Source: the human T2T-CHM13v2.0 reference genome, Homo sapiens. From it: a stretch of 64,000 nt of DNA. The notes under the pieces were generated by a model. That model did not search any database. It was not told the DNA's origin and was given only the letters and a program-made list of their open reading frames with translations. Made by a program: the position numbers and the translations under genes. The stretch lies in assembly GCF_009914755.1 (NCBI RefSeq), contig NC_060940.1. One strand, 5' to 3'. Below are positions 34,161-64,000 of the stretch, piece after piece. The first letter of the stretch is position 1, and every line of letters starts with the position of its first letter.

Positions 34161-35487
34161 GCGAGCGGGCGCGGGATCGCAGTGTTTGCCTTTGCATCTC
34201 CAGCTCCGCATCCTGCTCGCTGTTTATTTTGTGAGCAGCTCCGGCGGCTGCCCCTGAACTGCTCCGAGACTGAGCAGTTTAACTCACACTCGCCCACCCG
34301 CCCTCCCCAGGAAGCCTCCCGCCCGCTTCCTCCAGTTCCTTCCCCACCTGTCCGGCCTCCTAGCCCGGTGCTCTCGGCGCGGGAGGAGGCGGCTCGCAGA
34401 CCCCCAGGTCTCGGCTTCCCGGATCTCCCCCGCCTACTCACTCCCCGGTCCCCGGCTCCCGGCACTGGCAGGCGCTGTGGCTTCCGCGCAGTGGCTGCAG
34501 CATTTAAATGTCCGGCACTTAGGGAGAGGGGTGCAGTCGCGGAGCAGCCGCTGCTCCCGGCATCTAGAGGGGCCCAAACCCCCGCGTGCCCAGGCCGAGC
34601 CCCGCGCGCAGCCCACGTGGGCTGAGGGACTGAGTATTGGCCCTCGGGCAGCTGCAACCGCGCACAGCTGGAGCTGGCGGGGCGGAGGGCGGGCCGGGAC
34701 CCCGCGGGGAAGGAGGCTTCCTTCCCAGCCTCCTGCTGCCCGGAAATCCCCCCGGCTCTCAGACAACCTGCCCCACGGGGTCCTGGGGGGAAGGAGAGGG
34801 GCGGGATACAGGGATGGGGAGGGCTGGCTGAGCCGAAGGCCCGGGCCGCCCTCCCCCAGGCCGCGCGGCTTCGAGAAAGCAGAAGCGAGCCCTGCCCCGG
34901 GGAGTCCCACAGGAGCGGGGATCTGGGAAGAGAAACTTGCGGACGAGGGAGTTAGAGCCGTGGACCCCCGGCCCCCGCCCGGGCGTCCTGCGTCGGAGGA
35001 GGGTCTCTGGGTCGGGCAGGGGCCACCTCTTGGCCCGCCCCTTGTCGCTGGACGTCCGAAGATTGGGCCATTTCCCTTGCCGCGCCCTTACCGCATATCG
35101 GGGTGCGCCCGGCCCGGCCCGGCCCGCCCCACCCAGCCCTCCGCTCGCGCCCGGAGAGGAGGGGCCGCTGGCGCAGCGCCCCGGGACCCCGAGAGGCCGC
35201 CGCGGCACATCCAGACCTCCGCCGCTCCCGCGCCCTCTCAACCATCCTGGGATTCCCGGGCCCACCCGACCCAGCGGCGCGACCCTGGCCCTCCGGGACC
35301 CTCCGCTGACTCCACCGCGCACTTCCCGGGACCCCCACACACATCCCAGCCCTCCGGCCGATCCCTCCCTACTCGGTGCCGGGTGCCCCCCGCCCTCTCC
35401 AGGCCCGGATCTCCTCCCCCAGGTCCCCGGGGCGGCCCCAGCCAGGCCCCCTTCGAACCCCGCCGGCGGCCCGGGCTGGGGCGCACC

Positions 35488-47700
<12,213 letters not shown>

Positions 47701-49518
47701 TGGGGGGAGCCATCCAGACCGAACAGCGCCCTCCACGGCCGAGTCCCCCGCCGCTGGACCTGGTCGGGGGTTGTGAGGCGCTGCGGAGGCCCCTTGTCTG
47801 TTCCCACGGACGGGGGCTCGGGCGCGGACTAAGCAGGGGGGATCTCCCGCGCAGGGGCGGCGGCGGCGGGGACCGGTCGCCTGGCGCTGGGCTCAGTCTC
47901 CTCAGGGTCTGAGACCCCGGCGCTGCCACCGGAACCCGCCTTCAGGGGCGCACGCGCGCTGGGACCATGCGTCGGTCGTCGCCCCCGTCGTTCCCTCCCG
48001 GCTGCCGCCAGGGGGCGGTCGGACCCCGCCTCCCGAGCCCGGGGAGGGGCGGGGAGGACAAGGGGCGGGCCCGCGGCCTCACCCGGAGGGACGGCAGCCC
48101 CGGTCGCGCGCTGGCCCCGCAGGACCTTCCTTTTCCAGGAAGAGCCAGCTTTTCTCGGAGCGCAGTCCTGGGACTCTCCGCAGCCCCGCCCCGCCTGGCC
48201 ACTGCGTCTGGCATTCCTGGGTCGTTAGAGGACAGGCCTGACTGCGAAGCTGTGCCTTGCCCCTCTCCCACCCGCAGTTTCTCACCCCGTTCTGCTCCCA
48301 CAAGGCCCCCCTACAGTCACTGCCACACTGGTGGGGACCTGGGACCCAGACCCGGAACCAGCCCAGATATCACCCCTGAGGACCCATGCGCCACGTCCTG
48401 GGTGGTGGAATCAGTGGCTGGAGGGACGACCCTTGCTCTCCAGGCTGTTAACCTTTTCCGTTGCTCCCCCGCCACCCACCTCCTCCTCCCCAGGCCACCC
48501 AACTTGGGCACCTCCCTGGGCCCAGAACTGCCTTCCATTCAATGGGGAACCCTTCTATCCCCAAGAACCCCTTCCCTGCTTGCACCCTGGAGAGAACAGC
48601 TTGACTCCCATCAACTCAACGCTGGTGGAAAGACAGGGACCGAACCCTGGCTCAGGCCTGGTCATTGCCTCCTCAGCACTCCCTCCTGGGAGGCCTTAGC
48701 TCTAGAGTGAGGGGTGGGTGGAACCTGGGGGCACCTCGTTCACCCTGTCCCCACTCCCCACAGTTTTAGGATCTAAATGATTGCCTCTGGAACTATTCTT
48801 CTAGACTATCCCACATCAGAATCACTGGGAAATTTAAGTTTGCAGATCCCACACTCACCCTGAATCCTCACTCAGGGTGGGGTCAGGAATCTGCATTTTA
48901 ACTAGTCGCGGGGATTGTGGGGGGCAGTAGCTGGCTGTTTCGTGGCATTTCTGTGGCTCTGCAGTGTTCCTCCACCCCAGGACCAATATGTTCAGGCCAC
49001 ACCGATGGCCTGAACCCCATGGGTAGAGTCACTTAGGGGCCACTTCCTAAGTTGCTGTCCAGCCTCAGTGACCCCCTAGTGCTTCCTGGAGCTGAGGCTG
49101 TGGGCGGCTGTCCCAGCAACCAAGCGAGGGGTTGCCCCAGTTGCTCATACAAACAGATCAGCATGAGGACAGAAGGCAGGAGACTTTGGTCAGTTACCTG
49201 GGAATTCTGGGCTGCCAGGAAACGATTTGGGCCTCTGTCAGTTTCTTTTCCATGTATGAGGAGGGGGAAATTTGTATATTAGAAACTTATTCATCCCACT
49301 CAGGACAATAAAAACGAATGTACAAAAAGCCCTTCCATTCTTCTGAGCATTGATGGACCTGGGGAGAAGTGTGGTGGCAGGAACTGGACTGACCTGAATC
49401 TCCCTGCTTCGCAGAAGGAATCCATGGTTGATGGGGAATCTAAGAAGGAAGAGTGGGCCCGGGCGTGGTGGCTCATGCCTTAATCCCAGCATTTTGCGAG
49501 GCCCAGGCAGACGGATCA

Positions 49519-49815
<297 letters not shown>

Positions 49816-49984
49816 TTATGGGGCACCCGGAGGACGGACGGCCACTGTGGAATTGAGACTGCCTCATGGCTCCATGTAGACTTCCAGAGCCTTTAAAATT
49901 TTATGACTGCTACACAAAAATGTCATGTCAAAGTGATTATTTTTATTTTTTAAGTGGTATCGTTTAAAAATGGCATGGTCTCAT

Positions 49985-52415
<2,431 letters not shown>

Positions 52416-52749
52416 AACAGGGTACATACAGTCTGGGTGGATCCCAAGATGTCTTCAGATGGTGGCCTTTGAGAGTCATGAGGGGCTAGGGTTGGAGCCG
52501 AAGCCTAAAGCATGACTTTTAGCTGGTGCAGGAGTGGCTTCCTTCTGTCTCCCACTACAATTCAGAGGATACTCAGGGAAAGATCTGGACATCCTGTATG
52601 TGGAAAGGCGGTTGCGCACAGTGGAATGGACTCCTAAGTGGCAGGCAGGTGACAACCGTTGTCTACTTCACCCAAGGGAAGCTTTCTCCATGGAGCGTGT
52701 TTTATAGGTTCTGTCTCTCCGAGTCCCCTTTGAGAATATAATGGGATAC

Positions 52750-53430
<681 letters not shown>

Positions 53431-53879
53431 CATCCCAAAGGCAAGGGCGTGGTTGTGCTCAGCTGGGGGAAGGGGGCTGGGGGCCGTGAGGAGGAGGTGG
53501 GAGGCCCAGCCAGGCTGGAGGGTCAGAACCCGTGGAGCTAGAAGAGCCCGTAGGGGAGCCCCAAGATTGCTGAGACCAGTGACCTTCGGCCCCAGATGGC
53601 CTTGCCTTGGCCCAGAAGGGTCAGAAGGACCTGGTCAGCCAAGCTCAGACAGCCGGCAGGATGCCTTCCACCCTGCAGAGGGTCCTATCTTGTCCCACAG
53701 GTAGATCTACAACACCACTAGCCACCCCTCCAACGTGCACAGGCCCCTGCCCTCACGGCGCCCCTCTTAGGTCCGGCAGTTCCTGCCTCCTTCTGATCCA
53801 GAAGTTTCTCTGGCCTCTGGAGCCGGGGCACACCTCATGCAAGGACAGGGTCCAAATTCCTTTGTCCTTGGATCCCACT

Positions 53880-53950
53880 TGGCTGACGTCACCTTCCTGT
53901 ACTCAGGGAGTTTCCCCAGCCAGCTGTCCCGAGTCTGGACTTTCCCTCTG
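53880..53950 (+). promoter_or_regulatory. IL32: IL32 promoter elements: CRE TGACGTCA (53884-53891) and two NF-kB-like sites (GGGAGTTTCC 53906-53915; GGACTTTCCC 53937-53946)
   Basis: Exact motif matches clustered within 65 bp upstream of the IL32 5' exons; fits an inflammation-inducible cytokine. Confidence 0.75.
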
Positions 53951-54413
53951 CCCCTCCCCACTCTCAGGCTGGTGGGGTGGGGAAAGCAGCCCATTCCTGG
54001 GCTCAGAGACTCCCACCCCAGCTCAGAGGGAGCAGGGGCCCAGCCAGGGACGGACCCTCATTCCTCCCAGGGACCCCAGACCTCTGTCTCTCTCGGGTAA
54101 GTCTCCATCTCTGTCTGTCTCTGTCTCTGTCTCTGTCTCTGTCTGTTTTTCACGCACTCAGCAAGGCCTCCTGCCCTGAGAGAGGCTCCGCCCACTACCC
54201 CCCACTTTCCCCATAAAACCAGCTGAGTCTTTGTGCCAGGAAGACTGCGTGCAGAAGGTGACTGTCTCAGTGGAGCTGGGTCATCTCAGGTGGGGAGTTG
54301 GGGTCCCCGAAGGTGAGGACCCTCTGGGGAGGAGGGTGCTTCTCTGAGACACTTTCTTTTCCTCACACCTGTTCCTCGCCAGCAGGCCTTGGCTCCTTGA
54401 ACTTTTGGCCGCC

Positions 54414-55750
54414 ATGTGCTTCCCGAAGGTGAGTGAGAGGCTGCGTGTGCTTTTGTGGGCATGTCTGAAAACAGACCGTAAGGGTGCGGGTGCCCTCAGT
54501 ATTTCCCGAGGTGCCTGTGTGTCAGGGCTCAGTCAGGGGCACCCAGCGGCAGGAGGATAGTGATGGGGTGAGAGTGTCAGTGGAGGCGCTGGAGGTCATA
54601 TGTGTCGGGGGCGCTGGAGAACGGCAGGGGTGTGGATGAGAGGGAGCACCTGTCCCAGGAGCCCTTCACAGCCCGGAAAGCCCGGGGCAGGGGTGGGGCA
54701 GGGCTCTGCTGGAAACGACTCGGAGAATGCTTCTCTCAGAGGCCGGCTCAGCTGGGTGGGCCCAAGAGCAGGGCCTGTGTGGGTCCGGGTGTCTCTTCCT
54801 CCTTTCCTGGGTTCCCTCCGACCTCCCATCCTCTACCACTGCCCCACCGCAAATGCTAGGCCCACCACACCCTCCAGGGAGCTCTTCGGCCTGTGACAAT
54901 AGGGGTTTCCATGATGTGGCCTGGCTCAGGTTCAGGACAGTGACCCGGAGGACACATGGCTCCCGCATGTCGGCACGGTGCTGCTTTCACCCTGGTTCCT
55001 GGGAAATCAGGCTAGCGGGATGGGACCATCGCTGCCTGAAAGTGTGCAGACAGCTGCCCTGCCCAGAATATGTCCCCAGGCCCTGCGCACTCTGTGGGTG
55101 ACTGTCACCACTCTATAGTGGGGGAAACCAGGCATGTCACCCCCGAGACTAGGCCCTTGACATGGGGGCTCAGCGGGGATTCTGTGGGGTGCCTCTGGCC
55201 TCTGTGGATGCAGCCACGTGTCTGCAGGCAGGAATGGCCCGGGACCTGTGGGTCTGCATGTTGGCAGTCGGGAAGAGTGGCAGGTTGTAGGGTGGACCTA
55301 CCTGGCACCCCAAATATTAATCAGCTCATCAGAGAGGAATGGCTGCTGTTACCTTCTCAATTGTCATGTCCCTAAACATTTTTTCCTTGGCCAACTCTCA
55401 CCTGGGACCATAGTGGTTGTGGGAAACCCAGCTGAGCCAGCCTGCTCCAGGACAGTGTCCATCCTCCCGTGTGTGTACATGGGGGGGTGTGTGTGTGCAG
55501 GGAGGACACCCCGGCCCACGCAGGCCCTGCTCTTGTGAGGAGGGGTCACCTAGGCCCACGCAGGCCCTGCTCTTGTGAGGAGGGGTCACCTAGGCCCACG
55601 CAGGCCCTGCTCTTGGGCCTGCCCAGCTGAGCCGGCTCCTGAGAGAAGCGCTTTCTGAGTCGTTTCGAGGACAGCCCTGGCCGGTCTTTCCAGGCTGTGA
55701 GGGGCTCCTGGGACTGCTGTCTCCTCTTATCCTGTACCTCTGCCATGTGT

Positions 55751-55789
<39 letters not shown>

Positions 55790-57831
55790 AATTATCCTGG
55801 AGGAAAGGTTAAGGTGACACATGGAGACTGAGTGTCACCGTTATTTCCGCAGGTCCTCTCTGATGACATGAAGAAGCTGAAGGCCCGAATGGTAATGCTC
55901 CTCCCTACTTCTGCTCAGGGGTTGGGGGCCTGGGTCTCAGCGTGTGACACTGAGGACACTGTGGGACACCTGGGACCCTGGAGGGACAAGGATCCGGCCC
56001 TTTGGTGCCAACTCTGCCTCTCTTCACAGCACCAGGCCATAGAAAGATTTTATGATAAAATGCAAAATGCAGAATCAGGACGTGGACAGGTGGGTGGATT
56101 TCCCCTCAGGCACCAGGTCACATGTCCCCGCCCCCAGGCACTCCACCCTGTGTGGGGCTCAGGGTGAGAAGGATGAAGAGGGACCCACAGGCTCCCTCAC
56201 CCCTTACCGTGGGCAAATGCTTGCACCTGGGTGGCAGTGAGTGGGCGGGTGGGGGATCTGGACGCCCGGGGAGACTGAGGGAGGCATCCAAGCCCCAGGG
56301 CTCCTTGAGGAAACAACAGGGGTGCCAGACGTGGCCCGGGCCCCTGGCTGGGCCCAGTTCGGGGTGTGTGGGAGCTGAGGACTCACTGGGCTTGAGGACT
56401 GACTGATGTGGGGTGCAGAGGAGGCTTGGGCCTGGAACCGAGTGCTTTGTTCCTAACAGGTGATGTCGAGCCTGGCAGAGCTGGAGGTGAGCCGTGGCCT
56501 CCCCCTCCACCAAGCTTAGTCCCTGGGTCTTAGGCTCCACAGGACACTGGGTCTGGGCCCCGGGTCCCCTTGGGAATCACCTGGACCAGTGGGGGCCACA
56601 GTGGGAAGGGGGCAGGCAGGAGCAGCATGAACCCCCTGTGCCCTCCTCTCCCCAGGACGACTTCAAAGAGGGCTACCTGGAGACAGTGGCGGCTTATTAT
56701 GAGGAGCAGCACCCAGTGAGTATGACACACCCATCTGGGCACCTTGCCTTCCTTCACCTCTGCCCTGTCTTTTCTTTCTTTCTTTCTTTTTGTTTATTTG
56801 AGACAGAGTCTCGCTCTGTCGCCCAGGCTGGAGTGCAGTGGCATGATCTTGGCTCACTGCAACCTCCAAATCTCGGGTTTAAGTGATTCTCCTGCCTCAG
56901 CCTGACAAGTAGTTGGGACTACAGGCACCCGCCACCACTCCAGGCTGATTTTTTTTGTGTGTGTTTTTAGTAGAGACCAGGTTTCACCATGTTTGCCAGG
57001 CTGGTCTTGACCTCCTAACCTTGTGTTCCGTCTGCCTTGGCCTCCCAAAGTGCTGAGATTACAGGCATGAGCCACCGGGCCCAGCCAACCCCTGCCCTGT
57101 CTTGATGTGGTGTGGGCAGGGTGTGCCCAGCCCCTGAGCTTGGGGTGGAGGGCTGGGAGTGACAGCCTAGCTGGGACCTGCCCATGGCCTCACTCCTCAC
57201 ACAGTGGCACAGCCCTCAAGGCACGATGAGGGCCCTGACCTGGTGACCAAGCAGACACACCCATCCTGTCACTGCCATGGAGGTGAATGCAGAGGAGGGG
57301 GACTCTGGGAAAAGTCCCTCTTGTCCACGGGGCTGTGGTCGGGAAACCAACACCTGTGGGCCTCCGTCTCCCAGGGTCAGGAAAAGGCTGAGAGGCCTGG
57401 GTGTGGCCAGGGCCTGGGGCTGACACCCCCACCTACAGACCCTGAATGGTGCTCCCATTCCACAGGAGCTCACTCCTCTACTTGAAAAAGAAAGAGATGG
57501 ATTACGGTGCCGAGGCAACAGATCCCCTGTCCCGGATGTTGAGGATCCCGCAACCGAGGAGCCTGGGGAGAGCTTTTGTGACAAGGTCATGAGATGGTTC
57601 CAGGCCATGCTGCAGCGGCTGCAGACCTGGTGGCACGGGGTTCTGGCCTGGGTGAAGGAGAAGGTGGTGGCCCTGGTCCATGCAGTGCAGGCCCTCTGGA
57701 AACAGTTCCAGAGTTTCTGCTGCTCTCTGTCAGAGCTCTTCATGTCCTCTTTCCAGTCCTACGGAGCCCCACGGGGGGACAAGGAGGAGCTGACACCCCA
57801 GAAGTGCTCTGAACCCCAATCCTCAAAATGA
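54414..57831 (+). CDS. IL32: Interleukin-32; exons 54414-54428, 55853-55891, 56030-56089, 56460-56486, 56656-56715, 57466-57831 (beta, 188 aa); gamma retains 55892-56029 (234 aa); alpha removes 57586-57756 (131 aa)
   Basis: MCFPK|[13 protein letters not shown]...RGD...EPQSSK; all junctions are phase 0 GT-AG; lengths match the known isoform sizes; AATAAA at 57985-57990. Confidence 0.97.
54699..55679 (+). repeat. Inverted repeat, arms 54699-54785 and 55593-55679 (74/87 identical)
   Basis: Ungapped manual alignment of the left arm against the reverse complement of the right arm. Confidence 0.9.
55513..55615 (+). repeat. 40-bp tandem repeat x~2.6 (GGCCCACGCAGGCCCTGCTCTTGTGAGGAGGGGTCACCTA)
   Basis: Perfect copies at 55513-55552 and 55553-55592, partial copy at 55593-55615. 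Confidence 0.95.
55754..55786 (+). repeat. (TG)n microsatellite near the IL32 acceptor at 55852
   Basis: Direct reading. Confidence 0.95.
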
Positions 57832-57998
57832 AGATACTGACACCACCTTTGCCCTCCCCGTCACCGCGCACCCACCCTGACCCCTCCCTCAGCTGTCCTG
57901 TGCCCCGCCCTCTCCCGCACACTCAGTCCCCCTGCCTGGCGTTCCTGCCGCAGCTCTGACCTGGTGCTGTCGCCCTGGCATCTTAATAAAACCTGCTT

Positions 57999-58067
57999 AT
58001 ACTTCCCTGGCAGGGGAGATACCATGATCGCGGAGGTGGGTTTCCCAGGGCAAGGCTGATCTGTTGC
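57999..58067 (+). pseudogene. U1 snRNA pseudogene, 5' fragment (U1 nt 1-69)
   Basis: ATACTTCCCTGGCAGGGGAGATACCATGATCGCGGAGGTGGGTTTCCCAGGGCAAGGCTGATCTGTTGC against U1 ATACTTACCTGGCAGGGGAG...ATCCATTGC: 61/69 identical; no Sm site or 3' half. Confidence 0.92.
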
Positions 58068-59845
<1,778 letters not shown>

Positions 59846-59847
59846 CT

Positions 59848-64000
<4,153 letters not shown>

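Noticed and set aside
57999-58067. Functional U1 snRNA gene
   Set aside because: Only 69 nt, no Sm site or 3' box, altered 5' end, and the upstream sequence is the IL32 3'UTR rather than a PSE promoter.

Overview
GC-rich, Alu-dense mammalian genomic DNA. It is recognisable from the encoded proteins as the human chr16p13.3 cluster CLDN9(+), CLDN6(-), TNFRSF12A(+), HCFC1R1(-), THOC6(+), BICDL2/CCDC64B(-), MMP25(+) and IL32(+). All eight CDSs were assembled by hand from GT-AG junctions and close to intact frames (217, 220, 129, 138, 341, 508, 562 and 234/188/131 aa). Structure the gene models do not explain: (1) a non-Alu ~87-bp inverted repeat in the IL32 intron after the ATG exon, whose differences are mostly G-U-compatible on the sense strand; (2) a 5' U1 snRNA fragment starting 8 nt after the IL32 AATAAA and cut off by an MST/THE1-type MaLR element; (3) a >=3.5-kb duplicate of MMP25 intron 4 downstream of IL32, with a ~1.1-kb near-identical tract suggesting gene conversion, a copy-specific Alu and a templated junction; (4) a 32/36-bp minisatellite with ~22 palindromic TGCATGCA cores (RBFOX motif on both strands); (5) an in-frame candidate alternative first exon of BICDL2; (6) near-identical extracellular-loop codons in the inverted CLDN9/CLDN6 pair; (7) ACTACAnnTCCCA motifs at the HCFC1R1/THOC6 promoter. 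All alignments and counts were done by eye; repeat boundaries and subfamilies are approximate.
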